Below, piece after piece: positions 28,913-39,765 of a DNA stretch of 64,000 nucleotides (positions are counted from its first letter, which is position 1; each line of letters begins with the position of its first letter). A program made the position numbers and the translations under genes. The DNA is from an uncultured Thermoleophilia bacterium. GTDB taxonomy: Bacteria; Actinomycetota; Thermoleophilia; UBA2241. The notes below the pieces were generated by a model, which did no database searches, was not told where the DNA came from, and saw only the letters and a list, made by a program, of their open reading frames with translations. The DNA lies in NCBI GenBank assembly GCA_963777895.1, contig CAVZSF010000005.1, positions 219,725 to 283,724 of the forward strand, written 5' to 3'.

Positions 28913-31492
28913 ATGGCGACGACGATCGACGACACCGCCCGCTCCGGCCTCGATCTGTTCGACCAGGTCACGCTCACCATCGACGAGCAGGAGGTCGTCT
29001 GCGAGCGCGGCGAGACCATCCTCGAGGCCGCCCAGCGCGTGGGTATCCACATCCCGACGCTGTGCTACGAGCCCCGGCTGCCCGCGACGGCGGCCTGCCG
29101 CGTGTGCCTCGTCGAGGTCGAGGGCGCGCGCAAGCTGGTGCCGAGCTGCTCCACGGCGGCCGCCGAGGGCATGGTGGTCAAGACGCATACCGACAAGGTG
29201 CGCGCCATGCGCCACCTCTACCTCGAGCTGCTGCTGAGCGATCACAACTCGTTCTGCACGCCGCCGTGCCGCGACGCCTGCCCGACACACATCAAGATCC
29301 CGCAGTTCCTCGACTACATCGCGCACAAGGACTACAAGAACGGCGTCCGCAAGCTGCGCGAGGACCTGCCCTTCCCGTCCGTCCTCGGCCGCGTCTGCCC
29401 GCGCCCCTGCGAGGGGCCGTGCCGTCGCCAGCTCGTCGAGCACCCCATCACCATCTGCTGGCTGCACCGCTTCATGGGAGACCAGTGTCTCGAGGAGCAG
29501 CAGACGGGCGAGCTGCTGCTGCCGGTCGAGCCGAAGGCCGACACCGGCAGGCGCGTCGCCATCGTGGGCGGCGGACCCGCGGGGCTCGCCGCCGCCTTCT
29601 ACGCCCGGCTCGAGGGCCATGCCGTCAAGGTCTTCGAGGCGCTGCCCAAGCCGGGCGGCATGCTGCGCTACGGCATCCCGAGCTACCGCATGCCGCGTGA
29701 CATCCTCGACAAGGAGCTCAACATCCTCTGGCGCATGGGTGTCGAGCTGCAGGTCAACACGCGCCTCGGCGTCGACTTCCAGCTCGAGGAGCTGTTCGAG
29801 GAGGGCTTCGACGCCGTCTTCCTCGCCCTGGGCGCCTTCAACTCGAACGAGATGGGCGTCCCCGGCGAGGATGCCGACGGCGTCGTCACCGCGGTCGACT
29901 TCCTCGGCGAGCTCGAGATCAACGGCGTGGTCCACGTGGGCGAGAAGGTCACCGTCATCGGCGGCGGCTTCACGGCGATGGACGCCTGCCGCACCAGCAT
30001 GCGCAAGGGCGCGAAGGAGGTCACCTGCCTCTACCGCCGCTCGCGCAAGGAGATGCCGGCCCACGTCACCGAGGTCGACGAGGCCGAGGAGGAGGGCGTC
30101 AAGCTCGAGCTGCTGTGCGCGCCGGTGCGCGTGGTGACCGACGACCGCAACAAGGTCACGGGCATCGAGATGCAGCGCATGGAGCTGGGCGAACCGGACG
30201 CCTCCGGCCGCCGCCGCCCTGTACCCGTCGAGGGCTCCGAGTTTGTGATCGAGTGCGACCAGGTCATCACCGCCATCGGCCAGTATCCGAAGCTCGACGG
30301 CACGAGCGAGGACCAGGGCGTCAAGCGCACCAAGTGGCGCACGATCCAGGTCGACGACTGGACCTTCCAGACCGACGACCCCCGCGTGTTCGCCGGCGGC
30401 GACGTCGTGCTCGGCGCGCAGACCGTGATCCAGGCGGTCGCCCAGGGCAAGAAGGCGGCCTGGAGCATCGACGCCTGGCTGCGCGGCGTCGACATGAAGG
30501 AAGCCTCGCAGCACCTCGCCGAGCTCAAGGCGTCGCCCTTCCTGGCCGCCCTCAACGGCAAGACCGACCTCGACCCGCGCATCAGCCGCATGGCCGAGGT
30601 CCCGCCCGTGTTCATCGACATGACCACCGACGTGTCGCAGCCGTCGCCGCCGGCCTCGATGCCCAAGCTCTCCCCCGATGAGCGCAAGGATGACTTCCGG
30701 CAGATCGAGCTGGGCTTCCCCGAAGACGAGGCGGTGCGCGGCGCCGAGCTTTGCCTGGACTGCTACTGCCCCGCCAACGGCAAGTGCGACCTGCAGCGCT
30801 ACTCCATCGAGTACGAGGTATTCAAGAACCGCTTCCACGGCGGCGACGCCCACGCCTACCCGGCCGACTTCCGCCACGACTTCATCATGCGCGAGCCCAA
30901 CCGCTGCATCAATTGCGGCCGCTGCGTGCGCGTCTGCCGTCTCGAGGTGGGCTCGAGCTGCTACGACAACATGGGTCGCGGCTTCGACAGCATCGTGTCG
31001 ACGGCCGACAACCTGCCGCTGCAGACGGTCGGCTGCGTCTCGTGCGGCAAATGCGCCGAGACCTGCCCGACCGGCGCCATCGAGACGAACCCGCGTCTGC
31101 TGGCGAGCTACGACCTCGACGAGAGCCGCTGCATGTTCTGCGGCGAGTGCGTCGAGGTCTGCCCGTACGACGCGCTGGAGCAGACCGACTTCTTCGAGCT
31201 GGCCGGCTTCAGCCGCACCACCATGGCGCGCGAATCGCTCTACGTGCGGGAGCCGCGCCCGGTCGACCCGCTGCGCGAGACCGTGACCGACCTCGTCCCG
31301 CACGTGCGCGACGCCGTGCTCGGCCGGGGCTGGCTGTGGGATCCGGTCCAGGACGACCCGATCGACCTGGACGCGGCCGGAGGCAACGGCAAGGCGCCGG
31401 CGAAGCCGCGCGCCGCGACCGCTCCGCCGGTCGCGGCGGCCGACGGCACGGCCGACGACCGGCCGGCAGATCCCCCTGGGGGTGAGGGCTGA
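28913..31492 (+). CDS. composite Fe-S flavoprotein: NuoG-type N-terminal [2Fe-2S] domain, GltD/NfnB-type FAD-NAD(P)H oxidoreductase module, NuoG-type 4Fe-4S motifs, and C-terminal half of NuoI; no molybdopterin-like domain
   Basis: CYEP...CRVCLVEVEG...SC; LLLSDH then CTPPCRDACP...GRVCPRPCEGPCRR; VAIVGGGPAGL, GGMLRYGIPSYRMP, VIGGGFTAMD, YRRSRKEMPA and GEPDASGRRRP; CLDCYCPANGKCDLQ; CINCGRCVRVC; CVSCGKCAETCPTGA; CMFCGECVEVCPYDA..DFFELA (31130..31165). Confidence 0.8.
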   Translation: MATTIDDTARSGLDLFDQVTLTIDEQEVVCERGETILEAAQRVGIHIPTLCYEPRLPATAACRVCLVEVEGARKLVPSCSTAAAEGMVVKTHTDKVRAMRHLYLELLLSDHNSFCTPPCRDACPTHIKIPQFLDYIAHKDYKNGVRKLREDLPFPSVLGRVCPRPCEGPCRRQLVEHPITICWLHRFMGDQCLEEQQTGELLLPVEPKADTGRRVAIVGGGPAGLAAAFYARLEGHAVKVFEALPKPGGMLRYGIPSYRMPRDILDKELNILWRMGVELQVNTRLGVDFQLEELFEEGFDAVFLALGAFNSNEMGVPGEDADGVVTAVDFLGELEINGVVHVGEKVTVIGGGFTAMDACRTSMRKGAKEVTCLYRRSRKEMPAHVTEVDEAEEEGVKLELLCAPVRVVTDDRNKVTGIEMQRMELGEPDASGRRRPVPVEGSEFVIECDQVITAIGQYPKLDGTSEDQGVKRTKWRTIQVDDWTFQTDDPRVFAGGDVVLGAQTVIQAVAQGKKAAWSIDAWLRGVDMKEASQHLAELKASPFLAALNGKTDLDPRISRMAEVPPVFIDMTTDVSQPSPPASMPKLSPDERKDDFRQIELGFPEDEAVRGAELCLDCYCPANGKCDLQRYSIEYEVFKNRFHGGDAHAYPADFRHDFIMREPNRCINCGRCVRVCRLEVGSSCYDNMGRGFDSIVSTADNLPLQTVGCVSCGKCAETCPTGAIETNPRLLASYDLDESRCMFCGECVEVCPYDALEQTDFFELAGFSRTTMARESLYVREPRPVDPLRETVTDLVPHVRDAVLGRGWLWDPVQDDPIDLDAAGGNGKAPAKPRAATAPPVAAADGTADDRPADPPGGEG

Positions 31493-32004
31493 TGCCCGGC
31501 GGCGACTTCCACCCGTTCTTCTTCATCGTGATGGCGGTCTGGATCCTGGGCTGCGCGATCGGCGTCGTCGCCTTCCGCAAGATCGTCTACAGCGCCGTCG
31601 CCATGGTCTTCTGCTTCCTCGGCGTGGCGGGCGCGTACGCGCTGCTCAACGCCGAGCTGGTCGCCATCATCCAGGTGCTCGTCTACGTCGGCGCGATCTC
31701 GGTGGTGGTGCTCTTCGCCATCATGCTCACCGAAGCTCAATCCGGCGAGTACAAGCTGTTCTTCAACCGCCAGGCCGTCCTCGCCTTGCCGCTGGCCGTG
31801 GCCGGCGCGGTGCTGCTGGCGGTGGTGCTGATCTCGTCCGAGATCGTCGACACCGGTACGACGTCACTCAACCTCAGCGTCGATGCCCTCTCCAAGCTGC
31901 TCTTCAACGCCTACGTCTTCCCGTTCGAGCTGGTCTCGCTGGTGCTGCTTGCCGCGATGATCGGCGCGATCGTGCTGGCGCGCCGGGAGGGGGAGAAGCC
32001 GTGA
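31492..32004 (+). CDS. nuoJ: NADH-quinone oxidoreductase subunit J
   Basis: AELVAIIQVLVYVGAISVVVLFAIML. The start overlaps the preceding stop by 1 nt. Confidence 0.85.
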   Translation: MPGGDFHPFFFIVMAVWILGCAIGVVAFRKIVYSAVAMVFCFLGVAGAYALLNAELVAIIQVLVYVGAISVVVLFAIMLTEAQSGEYKLFFNRQAVLALPLAVAGAVLLAVVLISSEIVDTGTTSLNLSVDALSKLLFNAYVFPFELVSLVLLAAMIGAIVLARREGEKP

Positions 32005-32309
32005 GCCCGCTCGACTACTGGCTGACCCTCAGCGTCGCGCTGTTCTGCATCGGGGCCTTCGGCGTGCTGGCGCGGCGCAACACGATCCTCGTGATCATGA
32101 GCCTGGAGCTCATGCTGAACGCCGTCAACATCGCGCTCGTCGCCTTCGCCAACTTCCGCACCGGCGCCCAGGGCGCGGGCGTGCTGTTCTCGCTGTTCGT
32201 GATCACGCTGGCCGCGGCCGAAGTCACGGTCGGGCTGGCCATCGTGATCGCCAACTACCGCACCAAGCGGACCGTCCAGGCTGACGAGTTCAGCGAGCTC
32301 AAGGGCTGA
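32001..32309 (+). CDS. nuoK: NADH-quinone oxidoreductase subunit K
   Basis: LFCIGAFGVLARRN.ILVIMSLELMLNAVN ... AAAEVTVGLAIV. GTGA overlap with nuoJ. Confidence 0.85.
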   Translation: MSPLDYWLTLSVALFCIGAFGVLARRNTILVIMSLELMLNAVNIALVAFANFRTGAQGAGVLFSLFVITLAAAEVTVGLAIVIANYRTKRTVQADEFSELKG

Positions 32310-32322
32310 CGGGGGCCGGCAC

Positions 32323-34231
32323 GTGGAGAGCACCGATTACATGAAGATCGCCGTCACGCTGATCCCGCTGCTGCCGCTGGCCGGCTTCATCCTGACGCTG
32401 CTGTTCGGCAAGCGCATGGGGAGCAAGGCCCACCTGTTGCCGGTAGCTCTCGTGACGGGCTCGGCCGTGCTGGCGGTGTACGCGTTCGAGTGGGTCTTCC
32501 GTCACCAGGAAGAGCCCTTCGTCTGGAACGCCTTCACCTGGATGGCGGCCGGTCGCTTCGAGGTCAGCTGGGGCTTCCAAGTCGACACGCTGACCGCGGT
32601 CATGCTGCTCGTGGTCGGCCTTATCGGCATGCTGGTGCACTACTACTCGATCGGCTACATGCACGGCGACGGCGGCTACTACCGCTTCTTCGCCTACCTG
32701 AACCTCTTCATGTTCGCGATGTTCATGCTGATCCTCGCGGACAACTACCTGCTGCATGTTCCTCGGCTGGGAGGGCGTCGGTCTCTGCTCGTACCTGCTC
32801 ATCAGCTTCTGGTTCCCCAAGAAGAGCGCGAGCCAGGCGGGCAAGAAGGCCTTCCTGGTCAACCGGGTCGGCGACTTCGGCTTCACGCTCGGCATGCTGC
32901 TCATCTTCGTGACGGTCGGGACGCTGCAATTCACCGGTGTCTTTGAGAAGGCCGAGGAGATCCCCGGCGGGACGGCGACGTGGATCTGCCTGCTGCTCTT
33001 CATCGGCGCCGTCGGCAAGAGCGCCCAGTTCCCGCTGCACGTGTGGCTGCCCGACGCCATGGAGGGCCCGACCCCGGTCAGCGCCCTGATCCACGCGGCG
33101 ACCATGGTCAACGCCGGCGTCTACATGGTGGCGCGCTCGTACCCGCTCTTCATCCAGAGTGACAGCGCCATGCTGGTCGTGATGATCATCGGGACCTTCA
33201 CGGCGATCTACTCCGCGTACATCGCGATCACCCAGAACGACATCAAGAAGGTGATCGCGTACTCGACCGTGTCGTCACTCGGCTTCATGTTCCTGGCGCT
33301 GGGCGCCGGCGCGTGGGCGGCCGGCATCTTCTACCTGTTCGTGCACGGCTTCTTCAAGGGCCTGCTCTTCCTGTGCTCGGGCTCGGTGATCCACGCCATG
33401 GGCGGCGAGCAGGACATGCGCAAGATGGGCGGGCTGCGTAAGCGCATCCCCCTGACGTTCTGGACGATGCTCGCCGGCGCGATCGCGCTGATCGGCGTCT
33501 TCCCCTTCGCCGGCTTCTGGGCGAAGGACGAGATCCTGGGCGGCGCCTTCGTGCAGGGGTACTACGTCGTCTGGGCGGTCGGCATCGTGACGGCGTTCCT
33601 CACGGCGGTCTTCGCCTTCCGCCTCATCTTCATGACCTTCTTCGGCGAGTGCCGCGCCGACGAGGAGGTCCAGCAGCACATCCACGAGTCGCCCAAGGTC
33701 ATGACGATCCCGCTGGTGCTGCTCGCCATCCCCTCGATGGCGCTCGGCCTGCTCGCGGGCTTCCCGCCCGAAGGCGGCTGGATCCACACCTTCCTCGAGC
33801 CCGTCTTCTACGAGGTCGAGCACGAGGAGTTCGCCTGGCTCGGCGAGGGCGGCGGGCTCATGCTCTTCTCAGTCGCCGTCGCCCTGCTGGGCGTGTACCT
33901 CGCGTACGTCATGTACATCAGGCGGACCGAGCTGCCGGCAAAGCTGGCGGGACGTTTCCCGGCGGCCTATCGCGCGTCGCTGAACAAGCTGTACATGGAC
34001 GAGGTCTACGAGAAGGTGCCGATCCGCAGCACCATCGCCTTCGCGGGCTGGCTGTGGACCTTCGTCGACGTGAAGGTGATCGACGGGGCCGTCAACGGTC
34101 TGGCCTGGGTGTGGGGCTGGTTCGGGGCCGTGCTGCGGCCGCTGCAGACCGGGCGCGTCCAGAACTACGCCTTCGGGATCTTCGCGGGCATGGTGCTGCT
34201 CGTGGTCATCGTCGGGCTCTGGAAGGTGTGA
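32323..34231 (+). pseudogene. nuoL: NADH-quinone oxidoreductase subunit L, interrupted by one +1 frameshift
   Basis: ORF 32323..32946 reads correctly up to LILADNYLL. ORF 32756..34231 continues with MFLGWEGVGLCSYLLISFW. The extra base is near 32755. Confidence 0.85.
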
Positions 34232-34232
34232 C

Positions 34233-35819
<1,587 letters not shown>

Positions 35820-37319
35820 ATGAACAACTCCGTGACGGTGATCCTGCCCGGCGTCGTGGTCGCGGCGAGCGCGCTGCTCGTCTTCCTGGTCGACATGTTC
35901 AGCGCGCGCAAGGCGATCCTCGCCTGGATCGCGGCCGCCGGTCTGGTCGCGGCCGCCGTCGTCGCCGTCGGCCAATGGCTGACGCTGGACGGCGGCGTGC
36001 GTTTCGACCGCATCGAGCCCAGGGCCGGGTTCAGTTCCATGGTCGGGCTCGACAAATACGCCCTGTTCTGCGTGCTGCTGTTCTCGGTCATCGGCGTGCT
36101 GACGATCATGCTCTCCGACGCCTACATGAGTCGCCGCCGCGACGCCCGCGGCGAGTTCTACGGGCTCCTCCTGCTGATCATCACCGGCATGATCGGGATG
36201 GCCGTCTCGACCGACATCATCGCCCTGTTCGTCTCGTTCGAGCTGATGTCGCTGCCCACCTACGTGCTGGCCGGCTTCGTGCGCGGCAACGAGCACTCCG
36301 GCGAAGCCGCCGTGAAGTACTTCGTCAATGGCGCCTTCGCCTCGGCGATCCTGCTCTTCGGTCTGGCCCTGCTTTACGGCGCCACGGGCATGACGAACTA
36401 CGCGAGCATCGCGGCCCGGCTCAGCAACCTCGGGCCGGACCTGCAGAGCGGTGTCATCCTCGTCTCGCTGGTACTGATCTGCGTCGGTTTCGGCTTCAAG
36501 ATCTCCGCGGTGCCCTTCCACGGCTGGGCGCCGGACGTCTACGAGGGCGCCCCCACCCCAGTGACCGCTTTCATGTCGGTGGGGGTGAAGGCCGGGGCCT
36601 TCGTCGGCTTCCTCAAGCTCTTCACCGTCGCCGTCGGCTTCCAGAGCGACACGTGGACCGCCGTGCTCACCGTGCTCGCCGTCGTCACCATGGTGGTCGG
36701 CAACGCGCTCGCCCTGCCGCAGCGCAACCTCAAGCGCATGCTCGCCTACTCGAGCATCGCGCACGCCGGCTACCTGCTCCTGGGTGTCATCGCCGCCGGC
36801 GAGTCGCCCTCGAGCGGTGGTTCGAGCGCCGTCCTCTTCTACCTCGGCGCCTACGCCTTCATGAACCTGGGCGCCTTCGGGGTCCTGGTGGTCGTGCGCA
36901 ACCGCCGCACCTTCGCGTACACGCTCGACGAGGTCGCGGGCCTGGGGCGCTCGATGCCATGGGCCGCGCTCGCCATGACCCTCTTCATGGTGTCGCTCGC
37001 GGGCATCCCGCCGACGGTCGGCTTCTGGGGCAAGTTCTACGTCTTCACGGCGGTCGTGGACGCCGGGCTCACCTGGCTCGCCATCGTCGCCGTGATCATG
37101 AGCGCGGTGTCCGCCTTCTACTACCTGCGCGTGGTGTGGTACCTGTACTTCCGGGAGGCGCCCGAGGGCGCGGAGCCGGAGGCCGAGCCCGAGGGCGCCT
37201 CGCTGGGCGCCGGCGCCGCGGTGGCGCTGGCGGCGCTGGGCGTGCTGCTGCTGGGTCTGTATCCCTCACCGCTCATCCACGCCGCTCAAGGCGCGCTGCG
37301 CCTCGTCATCGGGGGCTGA
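35820..37319 (+). CDS. nuoN: NADH-quinone oxidoreductase subunit N
   Basis: FELMSLPTYVLAGF, FHGWAPDVYEGAPTPVTAF and AYSSIAHAGY. Confidence 0.9.
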   Translation: MNNSVTVILPGVVVAASALLVFLVDMFSARKAILAWIAAAGLVAAAVVAVGQWLTLDGGVRFDRIEPRAGFSSMVGLDKYALFCVLLFSVIGVLTIMLSDAYMSRRRDARGEFYGLLLLIITGMIGMAVSTDIIALFVSFELMSLPTYVLAGFVRGNEHSGEAAVKYFVNGAFASAILLFGLALLYGATGMTNYASIAARLSNLGPDLQSGVILVSLVLICVGFGFKISAVPFHGWAPDVYEGAPTPVTAFMSVGVKAGAFVGFLKLFTVAVGFQSDTWTAVLTVLAVVTMVVGNALALPQRNLKRMLAYSSIAHAGYLLLGVIAAGESPSSGGSSAVLFYLGAYAFMNLGAFGVLVVVRNRRTFAYTLDEVAGLGRSMPWAALAMTLFMVSLAGIPPTVGFWGKFYVFTAVVDAGLTWLAIVAVIMSAVSAFYYLRVVWYLYFREAPEGAEPEAEPEGASLGAGAAVALAALGVLLLGLYPSPLIHAAQGALRLVIGG

Positions 37320-37355
37320 CGGCGCCGTCCCGGCGTCGTCGGGCATGACTACTTC

Positions 37356-38129
37356 ATGAGGATCCTCTTCGTCGGCGACGTGGTCGGACGCCCCGGCCGC
37401 GAGGCTTTGCTGCAGTGGCTGCCGGGGTTCCGCGCCGACCGGGAGGTCGACTTCGTCGTCGTCAACGGCGAGAACACGGCCAACGGCGCGGGCATCACCA
37501 GCAAGATCGCCCTTAAGCTGCTGGGCAATGGGGTCGACGTGCTCACCACCGGCAACCACGTATGGCGGCAGCGCGAGGTCTACCCCTTCCTCGCGGCCGA
37601 CGAGCGCATCGTGCGGCCGGCGAACTATCCCGAGGGCGCGCCGGGCCGTGGTCTGACCGTGCGACCGGCGGCCGACGGCACGCCGGTCGCGGTCATCGAC
37701 CTGGCCGGCAACCTCTACATGGACTCCGGCCTCTCCGCCTTCCGCGTCATCGACCGGCTGGTCCAGGAGGCCCAGGAGCGAGCCGGCACCATCGTCGTCG
37801 ACATGCACGCCGAAGCGACCAGCGAGAAGGTCGCCCTCGGCCACTACCTCGACGGACGGGTCACGCTCGTCGTCGGGACGCACACGCATGTCCAGACCTC
37901 GGACGGGCGCGTGCTGCCCGGAGGGACCGCGTACATCACCGACGTCGGCATGACGGGGCCGCTCGAGTCGGTGATCGGCGTGAAGACCGACATCATCATC
38001 CGCCGCTTCATCTCGGAGATGCCCCAGCCCTTCGACGTGGCCGAGGGTCCGGTGCGGCTCGACGCCGTCCTCGTCACCGCGGACGGGGGACGGGCCAGCG
38101 CCGTCGAGACCATCGAGGAGATCCTCTAG
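37356..38129 (+). CDS. ymdB: YmdB-like metallophosphoesterase (2',3'-cyclic-nucleotide 2'-phosphodiesterase family)
   Basis: MRILFVGDVVGRPGR, VVNGENTANGAGIT, TTGNHVW and GTHTHVQTSD. Confidence 0.85.
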   Translation: MRILFVGDVVGRPGREALLQWLPGFRADREVDFVVVNGENTANGAGITSKIALKLLGNGVDVLTTGNHVWRQREVYPFLAADERIVRPANYPEGAPGRGLTVRPAADGTPVAVIDLAGNLYMDSGLSAFRVIDRLVQEAQERAGTIVVDMHAEATSEKVALGHYLDGRVTLVVGTHTHVQTSDGRVLPGGTAYITDVGMTGPLESVIGVKTDIIIRRFISEMPQPFDVAEGPVRLDAVLVTADGGRASAVETIEEIL

Positions 38130-38135
38130 AACGGA

Positions 38136-38165
38136 GGGGCGAGCCGGCGCAGCCGGGCTCGCCCC
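38136..38165 (+). terminator. GC-rich hairpin after ymdB (no U-tract)
   Basis: GGGGCGAGCC / GGCTCGCCCC, a 10-bp stem around a 10-nt loop. Confidence 0.35.
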
Positions 38166-38256
38166 CGCTTCGAGGGCCACGAGAGGAGAGGCCGGAAGGC
38201 CTGGTGGCGATGGAAGCGGGACTCCCGGATCTGCCCTACCTGCCGATAGAGAAGAC

Positions 38257-39765
38257 GTGGGCAGCAGTCTTCTCGAACGTCAGACCACCCTGGCGGCGCT
38301 GCGCGACCTGCACGACGCGGAGCGCGCCGCCGCGCGCGACCCCGGGCGCCTCCGCGTGATCGCCACGCTCGGCGCCGACCTCGTCGCGCTCGTCCTGGCC
38401 GCCTTTCTGGCAAGCTGGGCGGCCGACGCGTTCGACGACGTGGTCATCGTCGGCCGCCTCTTCGCGCCGTTCTCCGACGACGTGCGCACGGGCGTCGACC
38501 TCCTGATCCTGTTCATCCCGTACTGGTTCTTCGTCCTGTACGTCTTCGGCCTCTATCGCCAGCCCGGCCGCAGTATCGGGGGCTCGACTCTGGTAGAGGC
38601 GCTCGACGGCGCCTCCGCCCTCACCGCGGGCAGCTGGCTGCTCCTGGTCGCGCTGGTCGTGGTCGACGGCGACCGCACGCCGGTGACCATGCTGGTCGCC
38701 TTCTGGCTGCTCGCGCTCTTGGTCGTGCCGCTGCTGCGCTGGCTCGTGCGCCTCGCCGTCTGGCCCCGCGCCGCCTTCGTGGAACGCACCCTGATCATCG
38801 GGGCGGGCGAGGTCGGCCACACCCTGGCCGACAAGATCGCCCGCCACGACGAGTACCGCCTCGAGCTCGTCGGCTTTCTCGACGAAGGCGAGCCCCGCAG
38901 CAACGGCTGCGAGACCACGATCCCGGTGCTCGGCGGGCTCAGCGACCTCGCCGGCGTCATCGAGAAGCAGGGCGTCGACCGCGTCGTCGTCGCCTTCTCG
39001 CGGGCGCGGCACGCCGCCTTCCTCGACGTCGTGCGCACCTGCGCCGACCACGGCGTCAAGGTCAACATCGTGCCGCGGCTCTTCGAGGTCGTGAGCTCGC
39101 GTGCGGCCGTGGACGACATCGAGGGCATCCCCCTGCTGGACGTCGCCCACGTCGAGTTGAGCCGTTTCACGCTCATCGTGAAGCGCGTGTTCGACCTCCT
39201 CGTCGGCGGCCTGCTCTTCCTGCTCTTCCTGCCCTTCATGGCGGCGATCGCGCTGCTCGTGAAGCTCGACTCCCGCGGCCCCGTCTTCTTCCGCCAGGAA
39301 CGCATGGGCCGCGGCGGGCGCACCTTCCGCATCTTCAAGTTCCGCTCGATGCAGGTCGGCGCGGAGTGCCTGCGGCGCGACCTCGACGACCTCAACGAGT
39401 ACTCGGGCCCGATGTTCAAGATGCGCCGCGACCCGCGCGTGACGCGCACCGGCGCGTGGCTGCGGCGCTGGAGCCTCGACGAGCTGCCCCAGATCCTGAA
39501 CGTGCTGGCGGGCCACATGAGCCTCGTCGGGCCGCGCCCGCTCTGGGTCGAGGAGGCGAAGGAGTGTCGCGGCTGGACGCTGAAGCGACTCGACCTCACG
39601 CCCGGCATCACCGGGCTGTGGCAGGTGCTGGGCCGCAGCACGATCCCGTTCGACGAGATGGTGAAGCTGGACTACCTGTACGTCACCGGCTGGAGCCTCA
39701 GCTGGGACGTGAAGCTGCTTCTCGAGACAGTGCCGGCCGTGCTCAGGAAGCGCGGGGCGTACTGA
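38257..39765 (+). CDS. polyprenyl-phosphate hexose-1-phosphate transferase (WbaP/WcaJ/EpsB-type initiating sugar transferase)
   Basis: N-terminal TM helices and a central Rossmann-like region (LIIGAGEVG). The C-terminal bacterial sugar transferase domain has KRVFDLLVG, DSRGPVFFRQERMGRGGR.F.IFKFRSM, DELPQILNVLAGHMSLVGPRP. Confidence 0.85.
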   Translation: MGSSLLERQTTLAALRDLHDAERAAARDPGRLRVIATLGADLVALVLAAFLASWAADAFDDVVIVGRLFAPFSDDVRTGVDLLILFIPYWFFVLYVFGLYRQPGRSIGGSTLVEALDGASALTAGSWLLLVALVVVDGDRTPVTMLVAFWLLALLVVPLLRWLVRLAVWPRAAFVERTLIIGAGEVGHTLADKIARHDEYRLELVGFLDEGEPRSNGCETTIPVLGGLSDLAGVIEKQGVDRVVVAFSRARHAAFLDVVRTCADHGVKVNIVPRLFEVVSSRAAVDDIEGIPLLDVAHVELSRFTLIVKRVFDLLVGGLLFLLFLPFMAAIALLVKLDSRGPVFFRQERMGRGGRTFRIFKFRSMQVGAECLRRDLDDLNEYSGPMFKMRRDPRVTRTGAWLRRWSLDELPQILNVLAGHMSLVGPRPLWVEEAKECRGWTLKRLDLTPGITGLWQVLGRSTIPFDEMVKLDYLYVTGWSLSWDVKLLLETVPAVLRKRGAY

